This document shows positions 33,831-44,220 of a DNA stretch of 64,000 nt, piece after piece. Position 1 is the first letter of the stretch. Each line of letters begins with the position of its first letter. The stretch comes from an uncultured Candidatus Saccharibacteria bacterium (GTDB lineage Bacteria; Patescibacteriota; Doudnabacteria; UBA920), in contig CAZACP010000004.1 of the NCBI GenBank assembly GCA_964483665.1, positions 7,399 through 71,398 of the forward strand. The letters are read 5' to 3'. A model generated the notes under the pieces. The model saw only the letters and a list, made by a program, of their open reading frames with translations. It searched no databases and was not told the origin of the DNA. Position numbers and translations under genes: made by a program.

Positions 33831-35745
33831 GTATTTCCAATAAATTTATGCCTGTCATTTCTTCCGGCTTAGGCAAGTCAAATAAAGCTAAAATAGTGGG
33901 CGCTACGTCTGAAATAACGCCATTTGGCATTTCGCCTGAGAGGCTTTCAAAATTAATCCCTAAGGGATTTTTAAACTTTAGACTATTACTTACAAAAAGG
34001 CAAGGCACCGGATTAGTGGTGTGGTCTTTGTCTATTTCCCCGGTTTGCGAAGAAATCATTTCTTCCACGTTGCCATGGTCAGCGGTTATTATTAAAGTTG
34101 CGTTACTTAAAAGCGCTGCGTCCATAACTTGCCGAAGAGATTGGTCAATAAACTCAACTGCTTTAATTGAGGCCTGTAAATTTCCGGTATGCCCTACCAT
34201 ATCGCAGTTAGCGTAATTGGCAACAAAAAAATTAGTGTTGGTTCCGGTAATTTTTTGGGTCAGTATGTCTGTTAACTCTTCCGCGGACATTTGCGGGCTG
34301 TCGGTATAGTTGCGGGCGTTGTTTGGACTGGTTACAATATGCCGCTCTTCTCCCGGGTAGGGGTCTGTTTTGCCGCAATTAAAAAAAGAAGTAACGTGGG
34401 CGTATTTTTCGCTTTCTGAAATATGAAACTGGGTATAACCGCTGTTAGACAATACTTCGGCTAAATTATTTTTTAAATCCATTGGGGGAAATGCAACATG
34501 GACCCCTTTTAAATTTTGGGAATATTCGGTCATTGTACAAAAGTACAAATTCTGCAAAACCGGGTGCCTAAATTCCGCCGGCACGTTTTGCGGCGCCACA
34601 AACATTTCGGTTAATTGGAGTGCTCTATCTTGGCGGAAATTAAAGAAAATAACCGCGTCATTTTCTTCTATTGTGGCCAACGGTTTTTGGTCAAAATTTG
34701 TTATTACCGTAGGCAGTATCATTTCATCAAAAATTTGCTTTTGGTAGCTTTGAGTAATTACATCTTCCGCTGAGGCGGCCATGGGACCCTTGCCATTGAC
34801 CAAAGCTTGATAGGTCATTTCAGTTTGGTTATAGTGCCCGCCTCTGTCCATGGTGTAAAACCTGCCGCCTAACGTGGCAACAGTTCCGACACCTATTCTG
34901 TTAATGCGCTCTTTAACTTTTTTAAGCTCATCCATCGCAACTCTTTCGGGCGTGTCGCGGCCGTCGGTAAACATATGTATAAAGACCCTATTTAAAACCA
35001 TTTCCGAACAGAGTCCCAAAATAGCGAACATATGTTCATCTAAGCTATGCACCCCGCCGTCTGAAACCAGTCCGAGCAAATGGAGTTTGGAATTATTTTT
35101 TTTGGCGTGCTCAACCGCACCCCGCAAAATGGGATTTTTAAAAAAATCGCCGTTTTGTATAGCCATGGTTATGCGGGGCAAATCTTCGCCCACAATCCTG
35201 CCGGCTCCAATATTTAAATGCCCGCTCTCGCTGTTGCCCATTTGTCCCCAAGGCAGGCCAACCAAGGGTCCGCTAGCCTGCAAGGTCAACGAAGGGAAAT
35301 TATTTACAATATGGTTTAAGGTTGGTGTTCTGGCCCTAAAAATCGCATTGCCGGTTGCGGGAGGAGCTACGCCAAAACCGTCTAAAATTACCAGAACAAC
35401 TTTTTTTAATTCTTTCTTATTCGAAGATGTTTGTTCTGGTTGCTGCTTTGTAAAAATTTCAGGTTCCTTTTGTAAGTTATGAGGGCGAGGTATCGGGGCA
35501 TTTGGCATGTTTGCAGCTAAAAAATTTTGGTCGTTATTGGCCTTTGGCCGCAATATTCTTTGTGGAATATTCGGAGCAATCACAGGTTTAAAAGGCTTGC
35601 TGCTTGGGGTTTGTAAATTTTTTTGAGGCAAAATGCCGGCCGGATTTTTCTTTTCCGCCTGTTTTTCTTCGCCATTCTTTGCAACAGAAAAAGGTAATCC
35701 CCCAATTTTATGCGGCCTTGGAATTTGTAAGCTGTCGTCAGACAT
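33826..35745 (-). CDS. gpmI: 2,3-bisphosphoglycerate-independent phosphoglycerate mutase with Pro-rich N-terminal extension
   Basis: The core VVLVILDGFGV...GNSESGHLNIGAGRIV matches iPGM. It is preceded by about 110 aa of low-complexity sequence. Confidence 0.8.
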   Translation of the reverse strand: MSDDSLQIPRPHKIGGLPFSVAKNGEEKQAEKKNPAGILPQKNLQTPSSKPFKPVIAPNIPQRILRPKANNDQNFLAANMPNAPIPRPHNLQKEPEIFTKQQPEQTSSNKKELKKVVLVILDGFGVAPPATGNAIFRARTPTLNHIVNNFPSLTLQASGPLVGLPWGQMGNSESGHLNIGAGRIVGEDLPRITMAIQNGDFFKNPILRGAVEHAKKNNSKLHLLGLVSDGGVHSLDEHMFAILGLCSEMVLNRVFIHMFTDGRDTPERVAMDELKKVKERINRIGVGTVATLGGRFYTMDRGGHYNQTEMTYQALVNGKGPMAASAEDVITQSYQKQIFDEMILPTVITNFDQKPLATIEENDAVIFFNFRQDRALQLTEMFVAPQNVPAEFRHPVLQNLYFCTMTEYSQNLKGVHVAFPPMDLKNNLAEVLSNSGYTQFHISESEKYAHVTSFFNCGKTDPYPGEERHIVTSPNNARNYTDSPQMSAEELTDILTQKITGTNTNFFVANYANCDMVGHTGNLQASIKAVEFIDQSLRQVMDAALLSNATLIITADHGNVEEMISSQTGEIDKDHTTNPVPCLFVSNSLKFKNPLGINFESLSGEMPNGVISDVAPTILALFDLPKPEEMTGINLLEIL

Positions 35746-35753
35746 TTTTTAGG

Positions 35754-37454
35754 CTATTTGCTTTTATTACTATTGCTTATAAAAAAGAGAGTTATTAACA
35801 AAATGCCGCCGTACAAGCCAATTTGGGCAATTGTCCACCCAAAAACTTTAGGCTGGCTCCCAGCCTGGTATAACAAAGCCGAAGCTAAGACAATAGCACC
35901 CAAAAGAGTACCGTAGCTATTAATTTTTGAATTCGCATTTAAAAGCCTTTCGTAATCAACAAGCTGCTGGGTATTAATTTCCATCCCAAAGCGCCCTCTT
36001 TCTATATTACTTATAATAGAAGACGAACTCGATGGCAGCCTTTTTATTAGATCTTCAATAATGATTGCCATATTTTGAGATTTGGATTGTAAATTCTTTA
36101 AAGAAAGCTTTCTTTTCACAATTCGCTGAAGAGTCGGTTTTTCCCATTCTTCCATTTTGAAATCATTACTCAGCTGTTTTACAACCACATCTAAAGTAAC
36201 AATTGCCTTACCCATCATAGTTAAATCTGTCGGTACTCTAATCCCATTCATAACTGCTATGTTCAACATTTGCGAAAAAAGTTTGGTAAAATTTCCCGAC
36301 TGACCAGACATGCCCGAAGACCACTGTAATATTAAAATATTCAGCTCTTTCCTTAAATTATTTATATTAACTAAATCTCCAACATTCTGTTCTTTTAAGC
36401 GTTCGTCATAATTTTCTTCCATTTTGATAAATAATTCCACCAGATTCTGGGTATCTTTTTGAATTAACGCCAAAAACATAGCTGACCCCAAAGCCGTTAA
36501 GCTTTCATCTAAAAATCCAACCATACCAAAATCTAAAAACAAAATCTTTTTATCGGGTAAAATAAAAATATTACCCGGATGCGGGTCTGCGTGAAAATAG
36601 CCATATTCAAAAAATTGTCTAATAAATGCGTCGGCAATATGTCTGGCAAGAAGTGTTTTTTCGTTTTGGGGATACTCACCATCTTTTATAACCTCAGACA
36701 ACTGCTTGCCCTCAACAAACTCCAAACAAAGCACGCTTGAAGAAGAATAATCCCAAAAAACTTTAGGGCCGTAAATATTTTTGTCTTTTTTAAAAAAATT
36801 GGAAAATATCTCGCAATTTGTAGCTTCTTTTCTGTAGTCAAGTTCATTTAGAGTCCAGCGCCTAAACTCCTGTACTGTTTCCATAATGTTAAAATTTTTT
36901 GCTTCCACGCTATACTTTTCCGCCAGGTGAGCCAAAGTTAATAGCACTTCGGTATCTAACATTATTTGCTCTTTAGCTTTTGGTCTTTGTACTTTTATCG
37001 CAACAATTTCTCCGGTATGTAACTGTGCCTTATATACCTGGCCCAAAGAAGCAGAGGCGAAAGGCTTTTCATCAAACTTTTTAAAAAGTTTTGTTAAAGG
37101 CTTTTCAAACTCCCTCTCAATAATTTCCACGGCTTTTTCATAAGCAAAAGGCGGAACTTTTGCCTGCAATTTTTCCAGCTGTTTAATAAAACTTTTAGGC
37201 AAAAAGTCAGAACGGGTACTTAAAATTTGCCCAAATTTAACAAATACTGGACCCAATGACTCCAATGCCAATCTAAAGTTTAAGGCCAAAACCAATTCTT
37301 CCTCTTCTTCTTTACCCCTAAACTTTTTTAAAGGATTTATGTGCTTTTTAAAACCGTAAGCGGAAATAACTCCTGCAAACCCTGCCTTAAAAAACACAAA
37401 AATTATGTGGTTTAACCTGACAATAACTCTTATTTTTTTAAAAAATTTAAACAT
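35754..37454 (-). CDS. ABC1/UbiB-family atypical kinase
   Basis: LGQVYKAQLHTGEIVAIKVQRP...HADPHPGNIFI, with C-terminal TM helices. Confidence 0.75.
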   Translation of the reverse strand: MFKFFKKIRVIVRLNHIIFVFFKAGFAGVISAYGFKKHINPLKKFRGKEEEEELVLALNFRLALESLGPVFVKFGQILSTRSDFLPKSFIKQLEKLQAKVPPFAYEKAVEIIEREFEKPLTKLFKKFDEKPFASASLGQVYKAQLHTGEIVAIKVQRPKAKEQIMLDTEVLLTLAHLAEKYSVEAKNFNIMETVQEFRRWTLNELDYRKEATNCEIFSNFFKKDKNIYGPKVFWDYSSSSVLCLEFVEGKQLSEVIKDGEYPQNEKTLLARHIADAFIRQFFEYGYFHADPHPGNIFILPDKKILFLDFGMVGFLDESLTALGSAMFLALIQKDTQNLVELFIKMEENYDERLKEQNVGDLVNINNLRKELNILILQWSSGMSGQSGNFTKLFSQMLNIAVMNGIRVPTDLTMMGKAIVTLDVVVKQLSNDFKMEEWEKPTLQRIVKRKLSLKNLQSKSQNMAIIIEDLIKRLPSSSSSIISNIERGRFGMEINTQQLVDYERLLNANSKINSYGTLLGAIVLASALLYQAGSQPKVFGWTIAQIGLYGGILLITLFFISNSNKSK

Positions 37455-37455
37455 G

Positions 37456-38235
37456 TTACTTGAACAAAAAAATTGTTATGCCGTAAATTGCCCAGAAATA
37501 AAACCCCAATATGGAAAAAGGTATTATTACCAGAGGGGTAAAATGCCCGCCGTCAAAAGAAAAGGGCTTGTATTTCCAAAATTTTGTCCCCAAATTTCGC
37601 TCCAAAATTTTACCATAAAGGTATTCAAAAAAGCTGGCACTGATTCCTATTATTAACGCAAGCAGGATTAACCCCTCGGTAAAAAGAATTCCACTTACTG
37701 TTAACGCAAACATAAAAGGGAACAAAAATAACAGCTGATTTAACGGTCTTACTGTTTTAAATTTAAAGCTTCTTGGATGTAAAAACTCCATAACAACTCT
37801 CACCATAAATTGAAACGCTAGTCCGGCAAAAAAACATAAAATAAATATGTAGTAAAATATATCTGAGTTTAGACCGTTTAAACTAATTCCATATTGCGGA
37901 AAAATTTTTGAAAAAATGCTTATTACCCATAAACAAAAAAGACCTCCGGCACCCCATGGAATATAATTAATTCTTGCGGAATACGAATGGACAATACCCT
38001 GGACAGAATATTTATAAAGCGGCTGCTCATAAAAACTCATCCACCATTCCAAAAAAATTATTTCACCAAGCATACCAAACACACCAAAAAGACAAAAATA
38101 AACCATTGGCCAAATAGTTTTAGAGTCTATTGTCCACCAAATCGGAAAAATTAAAAGCAAGCTAACCAGCTTATAATACTTATTAACTGAAAAATTTTTG
38201 TGTTTATTTTGAATTGGCATTTTTATTTGTGTCAA
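37456..38235 (-). CDS. Hypothetical multi-TM membrane protein
   Basis: 259 aa with 6-7 TM helices. Confidence 0.4.
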   Translation of the reverse strand: MTQIKMPIQNKHKNFSVNKYYKLVSLLLIFPIWWTIDSKTIWPMVYFCLFGVFGMLGEIIFLEWWMSFYEQPLYKYSVQGIVHSYSARINYIPWGAGGLFCLWVISIFSKIFPQYGISLNGLNSDIFYYIFILCFFAGLAFQFMVRVVMEFLHPRSFKFKTVRPLNQLLFLFPFMFALTVSGILFTEGLILLALIIGISASFFEYLYGKILERNLGTKFWKYKPFSFDGGHFTPLVIIPFSILGFYFWAIYGITIFLFK

Positions 38236-38260
38236 GTTGTGTCAAGGGTCACCTTTGACA

Positions 38261-39478
38261 TTATTTTAATGCTTCTATTCCCGGCAGTTTTTTGCCGGCT
38301 AAGTATTCTAGCATAGCTCCGCCGCCTGTTGAGACGTGGTCTATATTTTCAAATTGGTGCGCTTGTCTTATAGCATCTACCGTATCTCCCCCGCCAGCGA
38401 CCACAAACGCTTTGCCTTTACCCCGACCACCAATAAGCCTAGCTAAAGCAAAAGTTGCATGGTGAAAAGGCTTTTTTTCAAAAAGCCCTAAGGGCCCGCT
38501 CCAAACTATGGTTTTAGCCGCTTTTATGTGTTTAGAAAACTCCAAAATAGTTTTTGGGCCGGCATCTAAAATTTGCTCATTTTCTCTTACCTCGTATGGG
38601 GCGCAGGAACGAATATTTTTTAATTCTTTATTTGCCACCACAACATCTACGGGTAAAACCAATTTGTTTTTATAATTCTTTGCTATTTGCATAGCGGTTT
38701 TCCTTTCGCCTTCCTCTACGCGGGAAATCCCTATTTCAAAACCCTTGGTTTGAAAAATTAAATTTGCCACTCCCCCGGAAACTAAAATTTTATCTGCCTT
38801 TTTGCCTAAATTTTCGAGTGCTCCCACTTTTTCTGAAAGTTTTATACCGCCGGTCATAACCACAAAGGGGCTTTTTGGGTGCCTAATAAGAGCGTCCAAA
38901 GACTTAATTTCCTTTTCTAAAAGAAGCCCGCAATATGAATTTAAATATTTTGTCACGCCCACTATAGAAGCCGCAGACCTATGGTCAACGCCAAAAGCGT
39001 CGTTTACATATACATCCGCTAAATTTGAAAGTTTTTTAGAAAATACCGGGTCGTTCTCTTCTTCCCCTTTATAAAATCTTAAGTTTTCTAAAAATACAAT
39101 GTCTTTTTCAGAAATTGCCTTTATTTGTTTTTGATGCTTGTCTTCCGTGATTTTTCCGGTGTAAAAAATTAAATGCCGTGCATGGTAATCCGGAACCCTA
39201 TGGTCTGTTTCAATGAATTTAAGTTCCAAAAAATCCGCCATTAGCTTTGCCGCCGGTTTTAGGCTGAATTCTTCATTCCATTTGCCCTTTGGCCTGCCCA
39301 AATGCCCGCAAACTATAACTTTATTTTTATTTTTTAGCAAATGTTTTATGGTTGGCACAACCTGCTCAATTCTAAAAGCGTCGGAAACTTTGCCGTTTTC
39401 TATAGGCACGTTAACGTCTACGCGCAAAAGAACAGTTTTGTTTTTAAGTGTTGATGTTTTAAGATATTTAATAGCCAT
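38261..39478 (-). CDS. pgk: Phosphoglycerate kinase
   Basis: LLRVDVNVP...VIVCGHLGRPKG...GGGA. Confidence 0.9.
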   Translation of the reverse strand: MAIKYLKTSTLKNKTVLLRVDVNVPIENGKVSDAFRIEQVVPTIKHLLKNKNKVIVCGHLGRPKGKWNEEFSLKPAAKLMADFLELKFIETDHRVPDYHARHLIFYTGKITEDKHQKQIKAISEKDIVFLENLRFYKGEEENDPVFSKKLSNLADVYVNDAFGVDHRSAASIVGVTKYLNSYCGLLLEKEIKSLDALIRHPKSPFVVMTGGIKLSEKVGALENLGKKADKILVSGGVANLIFQTKGFEIGISRVEEGERKTAMQIAKNYKNKLVLPVDVVVANKELKNIRSCAPYEVRENEQILDAGPKTILEFSKHIKAAKTIVWSGPLGLFEKKPFHHATFALARLIGGRGKGKAFVVAGGGDTVDAIRQAHQFENIDHVSTGGGAMLEYLAGKKLPGIEALK

Positions 39479-39480
39479 AA

Positions 39481-39533
39481 AACTACAAAACTACAGACAT
39501 ATACGAATCTACAGATACCTACAGAATCGTATA
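39481..39533. repeat. Family F element (CTACAGA motifs)
   Basis: aaactacaaaactacagacatatacgaatctacagatacctacagaatcg. The inverted partner is at 39925-39960. Confidence 0.55.
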
Positions 39534-39923
39534 TTAAATATTATTTGGATTTAAAACTCTCTTTATTTGTAATCTGGGGACGCGGAAGTTTACTAATAGA
39601 CCTAATTTTAAATTCGTTTGAATTAAATAACGCTTTAACTGATCATATGTTTCTTGTATTAAAAAAGGTACTGTTTTTAATTCTAGAATAATTCTATTTT
39701 CAATAATGAAGTCAGCAATATTACCAGAATCCCCTATCCTAACCTCTCTCTTATAATTCACGGCTCTGTTTTTAAATATAATTTCTATTTTATCGGCTAC
39801 TTGTTTTTCTCTAGCATATGGCCCCAGTTCTTTATGAACCTCAATTAAAATGCCATTGATCTTGTAAGTAAGATCGCCGTACAAAAATTCTGACATCTTT
39901 TTAAACTTAGTTTCTGTAGGCAT
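39534..39923 (-). CDS. GxxExxY family protein (PD-(D/E)XK-like), full length
   Basis: FLYGDLTYKINGILIEVHKELGPYAREKQ....ELKTVPFLIQETYDQLKRYL. Confidence 0.7.
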   Translation of the reverse strand: MPTETKFKKMSEFLYGDLTYKINGILIEVHKELGPYAREKQVADKIEIIFKNRAVNYKREVRIGDSGNIADFIIENRIILELKTVPFLIQETYDQLKRYLIQTNLKLGLLVNFRVPRLQIKRVLNPNNI

Positions 39924-39956
39924 CTGTAGTACATTTAATTCTGTAGTTCTGGTAGT

Positions 39957-40976
39957 TTACTTTCCCACTAACACAACTTCCTCCACCAGCCTGTTTGAAT
40001 ACCCAAACTCGTTGTCGTACCAGGCAATAACTTTTACAAAATTACCGTCTATAACCTGGGTTAGCGACAAATCTACTATGCTTGATGCCGGGTTGCCGAC
40101 TATGTCTTGCAAAACCAATTGTTCACGCGAAGCAATGAGTATATTTTTATAATGCGGAAGCTTTGCCGCGTCTTCAAAGGCCTCGTTAACTTCTTCTTTG
40201 GTGGTTTTCTTTTTAAGCAGTAAAGTAAAATCAGAAAGGCTGCCAACAGGGGTCGGTACCCTAAAAGCAATGCCGTCAAATTTGCCTTTTAGCTCTGGTA
40301 TTGCCTGAGTTGCGGAAATGGCCGCGCCGGTTGAAGTGGGAATTATATTTACTGCCGCTGCACGGGCACGACGGAGGTCAGTTGATTTTCCGCCTGGCGG
40401 AGGCCCGTCTACCAAGTTTTGCTCGGCTGTATAACTATGAATAGTAGACATAAACGCCTTTTCCACGCCAAATTTTTTGTGCAGCACATCTAAAACCGGT
40501 GCTATGCAGTTTGTGGTACAAGAAGCATTGCTAATAATATTTTGCTTATGGTACTCTTCCTGGTTAACGCCAAGGACTATGGTGGGGGTTATGCCTTCGT
40601 CTTTAGCCGGCGCGGAAATAATAACTTTTTTTGCTCCGGCTTTTATATGCGCGCTTGCTTTTTCACTGTCTGTAAAACGACCGGTGGATTCTATAACCAC
40701 GTCCACATTCAGCCTGCCCCAAGGCAGAGCTTGCGGCTCTTTTTCCGTAAACACCGGATATTTTTTTCCGTCCGCAATAATATGATTTTGGTCAAAAGAA
40801 ACTTTATGTTTAAACTTACCGTAATTGCTATCATATTGTAATAAATGCGCTAACACTTCTGTGGAAGTTAAATCATTTATACCCACAACCTCTATTTCCG
40901 GTTTTTCTATGGCAATTTTAAAAGCCTGCCTGCCAATCCTCCCAAAACCGTTTATTGCTAATTTAATTTTTTGCAT
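39957..40976 (-). CDS. gap: Glyceraldehyde-3-phosphate dehydrogenase
   Basis: INGFGRIGR and ASCTTNC. Confidence 0.9.
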   Translation of the reverse strand: MQKIKLAINGFGRIGRQAFKIAIEKPEIEVVGINDLTSTEVLAHLLQYDSNYGKFKHKVSFDQNHIIADGKKYPVFTEKEPQALPWGRLNVDVVIESTGRFTDSEKASAHIKAGAKKVIISAPAKDEGITPTIVLGVNQEEYHKQNIISNASCTTNCIAPVLDVLHKKFGVEKAFMSTIHSYTAEQNLVDGPPPGGKSTDLRRARAAAVNIIPTSTGAAISATQAIPELKGKFDGIAFRVPTPVGSLSDFTLLLKKKTTKEEVNEAFEDAAKLPHYKNILIASREQLVLQDIVGNPASSIVDLSLTQVIDGNFVKVIAWYDNEFGYSNRLVEEVVLVGK

Positions 40977-41094
40977 TTGATTAATTTAAATTCGAAGCAT
41001 CAAATACGAAATTCGAAACAAATTCAAATAAAAAATTTTTAAATATTAAACTGTAACTATTTTTCGGATTTCGATATTCGGATTTCGAATTTTG

Positions 41095-42111
41095 CTAGTC
41101 TTTTTTCCTTCCCACTATCTCCATTACCTTTTGTTTTATTTTGTCGTTTGTAATGGCAATTGGCTTAAAACTCTTTAGTTTTTTTAATTTGGTTTCTATT
41201 TCGCGCCTTGTTAAAAGCCCGGCCTGCGGCCCTACTTTTTGCACCACGCTGCCGGCATTGACCGGCCCCCACATGAGCGCATCATGGTGCGAAAGACCAT
41301 GGCTTAAAGCCGCAATATAAGCGGTGGTAAAACTGTCGCCCGCTCCGGTGGCTTCCACACGCTCGCCCGGGTATTCGGGGCAATAGTAAAACCCTTCCGC
41401 GCTATAACTATACGCACCCCGCCTACCGTCTGTAAGCGCTATTGCCTTGGGGCCTAACTTACCAAGCCTTCTGCAAAGTTCTTCCGGATCCCTACCGCAG
41501 TCGCCCACCCACGCCTGGCTTTCCTCTATATTTAATGATAGCACACTGGTACGCTTAAGCATTATTTCATTGGTCTTAGGACCTGCCCTTAGCATAAAGG
41601 TCCCCGGATTAAAGCCTAATTTTACTTTGTATTTGTCTAAATATTTTGCCAAATCTTTATAAATTTTTTCAAAACCTTCACCCATACTGGTTAAATACAC
41701 CCAAGCAGAGGCGGGAAATTTGGGTAGTTTGTAGTTACGGTGCTGATGATAAACAAAAATTGTTCGTTCGCCCTTAAAACTTAAAACATAAGAAGCGTTA
41801 GTGCCGTGCTTGTCATCTATTACAATAAACCTGTCAGAAACGCCCTCTTTTCTCATTTTATGCACAATTTCCCTTCCGCCTGTGTCATGAGCGAGTACCG
41901 TATAAAAAGCCGCTTTAAGGCCAAGCCTTGAGCTTCCAACAGCGTTATTAGCAGCATTGCCGGCTACCGACTTATATAATTCATCTACCGGCAATTTGTC
42001 TCCCCAATTCAAAAGGGCTTTTTGTTTGCCGTCGATTTCTTTAACCTCAACGTCATGAACAAATAAAAAGGTGTCTATTGTGGCATCGCCGATGGATATT
42101 ATGTCAAACAT
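41095..42111 (-). CDS. PfkB-family carbohydrate kinase
   Basis: C-terminal GAGDSFTTAYIAAL motif within a ribokinase-like fold. Confidence 0.7.
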   Translation of the reverse strand: MFDIISIGDATIDTFLFVHDVEVKEIDGKQKALLNWGDKLPVDELYKSVAGNAANNAVGSSRLGLKAAFYTVLAHDTGGREIVHKMRKEGVSDRFIVIDDKHGTNASYVLSFKGERTIFVYHQHRNYKLPKFPASAWVYLTSMGEGFEKIYKDLAKYLDKYKVKLGFNPGTFMLRAGPKTNEIMLKRTSVLSLNIEESQAWVGDCGRDPEELCRRLGKLGPKAIALTDGRRGAYSYSAEGFYYCPEYPGERVEATGAGDSFTTAYIAALSHGLSHHDALMWGPVNAGSVVQKVGPQAGLLTRREIETKLKKLKSFKPIAITNDKIKQKVMEIVGRKKD

Positions 42112-42166
42112 ATATTCTTAGATACACAAATAAAATGCAGGTTACACAGATTTCAATCTGTTTCCT

Positions 42167-42472
42167 TTATAAAACCATAGAAACTATATAAACCACCATA
42201 AATATAAATATTAACAATGAAATCAGTTTAATTGCACTTAATAACTTTGTTTGTTTTGGAAAAAATATCTTTATAAGAAGATGTAAACATAAACATAAAA
42301 ATAAAACTCCTATAAATGGAATAGCGAGTACTGCAGCAAAAAATAGTATCCCTTCGGAATTTGAAAATTCTAATGGCCACAAAGCCAGGCCAATTTCTGG
42401 CAACAACATAAATATGAAGAGCGCAAAGAACCAAACTAACTGTTTTTTGATTTGTAAAGAAAAAATAGACAT
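42167..42472 (-). CDS. Hypothetical small membrane protein
   Basis: 101 aa with 3 TM helices. Confidence 0.35.
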   Translation of the reverse strand: MSIFSLQIKKQLVWFFALFIFMLLPEIGLALWPLEFSNSEGILFFAAVLAIPFIGVLFLCLCLHLLIKIFFPKQTKLLSAIKLISLLIFIFMVVYIVSMVL

Positions 42473-42510
42473 TGTGTTTTTGTGTCATCCAAAGCCTGTG
42501 TAAATGGGTG

Positions 42511-42552
42511 GCAAATAATAGTGTTCGACCTTGTGGAGAACCTATTATTTGC
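42511..42552. repeat. Family H element (solo unit GCAAATAATAGTGTTCGACCTTGTGGAGAACCTATTATTTGC)
   Basis: 10-bp flanking stem around the conserved core. Confidence 0.6.
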
Positions 42553-42603
42553 TTTCATCAGTCTAGCAAAATATCTTCTCCATAAAGTCGAAGAATATTT
42601 TGC

Positions 42604-42879
42604 TTACACCCATTTACCCCACTCTCCGCTAATTAATTTTCTTTTCTTTTTCTGGCCCCAACCTTTAACTTGCTTTTCTCTAAGTCTTGCTTCTTCCAAA
42701 TTTTCAAATTCTTCAATATAAACTATATTTTTAACTCCGTGCTTCTTGGTATACTCCGAACCTTCTCCAAGCAAATGCTGATTTCCGCGAATATCGTGGT
42801 TCCAAGTCATTCCGGTATAAAAAGTATCGTCCAGGCACTCCACAATATACACATACCATTTCCAGTTTTCTTTGGTCAT
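42604..42879 (-). CDS. GIY-YIG nuclease family protein (second copy)
   Basis: WYVYIVECLDDTFYTGMTWNHDIRGNQHLLGEG...IVYIEEFENLEEARLREKQVKGW. Confidence 0.75.
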   Translation of the reverse strand: MTKENWKWYVYIVECLDDTFYTGMTWNHDIRGNQHLLGEGSEYTKKHGVKNIVYIEEFENLEEARLREKQVKGWGQKKKRKLISGEWGKWV

Positions 42880-42892
42880 TGCTTAAAAATTT

Positions 42893-42964
42893 TAGTGTTC
42901 GAGCTTGTCGAGAACCCAAAATTTTACGTACTTAATAGTATCACAAGGTCGAATAATATTAAGT
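42893..42964. repeat. Family H element (direct copy plus inverted partial copy)
   Basis: ttttagtgttcgagcttgtcgagaacccaaaatttt ... tcacaaggtcgaataatatt. Confidence 0.6.
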
Positions 42965-42978
42965 GCTCCTACGTGCAT

Positions 42979-43956
42979 CTACCCAGCTTTCCTCTTTACC
43001 ACCCTCCTAACCGCTTCTATTACCGCTTTTTTCCCCATCCCGTACTTTTCAATTAATTCTTCAGGCTGGCCGCTTTCGCCAAAACTGTTAGGCATACCAA
43101 CCATTTCAACCGGCACGGGGTAGTTCATAGCTAAAACCTCACACACAGCCGAGCCGCAGCCGCCCATAATTTGGTGTTCTTCCAAAGTTACCACTGCTCC
43201 GCATTTTTTTGCGGAAGCTATTATAGTAGCCGAATCAATGGGCTTAATAGTGTGATTGTTAATAACTTCTACGCTTACGCCTTCTTTTTCTAGTTCCATT
43301 GCCGCCAAAAGCCCGTTATATAAAACAGGACCGCTGGCAATTATAGAAACATCTTTTCCTTCCTTAAATATTTCCGCTTTGCCTACTTTAAAAGGGGTCT
43401 TTTCAGTGGTTATAACCGGAGTTTTTGAACGGCCTAAACGAAAATAGGCCGGACCCTTTATAATCCCTAGCGCTATTGTACATTTACGCGCTTCTATAGA
43501 ATCGCACGGCACGACTACGGTTAAATTTGGTAATACCCTTGTCATAGCCACGTCCTCTAAAGCCTGGTGCGTTGCGCCGTCAGGACCCACGGTTACACCC
43601 GTATGTGCTCCGGCAACTTTTACATTAGCCATACTGTAACAAACACTAACGCGTAATTGGTCCCAGCTTCGCCCCGGGCTAAACGTGGCATAACTAGACA
43701 CAAACGGAGTTTTGCCGTACAAAGCAAGTCCGGCTGCCACGCCCATCATATTTTGTTCTGCCACGCCGCATTCTATAAACCTTTCAGGATATTTTTTGGC
43801 AAAATCTAAAACCATTGTGCTTTCCGCCAAATCAGCAGTAAGCACAACCACGTTTTCATTTTCCGCTCCCAAATCCAAAGCCCCTAAGCCATACCCTTTG
43901 CGTGTTGGTTCTTGTTCAATATCGGTTTGTCCGATTTTTGGATTTAATAATTTCAT
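42979..43956 (-). CDS. tkt: Transketolase, C-terminal (pyrimidine-binding) subunit
   Basis: 325 aa, transketolase C-half (GVAEQNMMGVAAGLA...). Confidence 0.85.
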   Translation of the reverse strand: MKLLNPKIGQTDIEQEPTRKGYGLGALDLGAENENVVVLTADLAESTMVLDFAKKYPERFIECGVAEQNMMGVAAGLALYGKTPFVSSYATFSPGRSWDQLRVSVCYSMANVKVAGAHTGVTVGPDGATHQALEDVAMTRVLPNLTVVVPCDSIEARKCTIALGIIKGPAYFRLGRSKTPVITTEKTPFKVGKAEIFKEGKDVSIIASGPVLYNGLLAAMELEKEGVSVEVINNHTIKPIDSATIIASAKKCGAVVTLEEHQIMGGCGSAVCEVLAMNYPVPVEMVGMPNSFGESGQPEELIEKYGMGKKAVIEAVRRVVKRKAG

Positions 43957-43959
43957 CTT

Positions 43960-44211
43960 TTATTTTTTTCTTTCTACCCAGGTTTTTTGAATCTCCAATC
44001 TTCTTCTTAAAATTCCTTTTTCTAAATCACCTTGTTTCATTGCTAAGTCTGTTGCCAGCTGCTCAAAATCATCATAAGTTTTACAGTTACCAATTTTTTT
44101 CATCCAGCGTTCAACTGAAGGACGATGATCTTTATATATCTTATGGATTCTTTCAGTCAAAACGGTTTCAGCTAAATGAATATCAAAATTTTTTTCGTTC
44201 ATAATTAACAC
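43960..44211 (-). CDS. Hypothetical 83-aa protein interposed between the two transketolase subunit genes
   Basis: AT-rich ORF fitted between them with 4-nt and 10-nt gaps. Confidence 0.4.
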   Translation of the reverse strand: MLIMNEKNFDIHLAETVLTERIHKIYKDHRPSVERWMKKIGNCKTYDDFEQLATDLAMKQGDLEKGILRRRLEIQKTWVERKK

Positions 44212-44220
44212 TTGAATATT

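Noticed and set aside
34874-35482. Plus-strand 202-aa ORF.
   Set aside because: It is antisense to gpmI.
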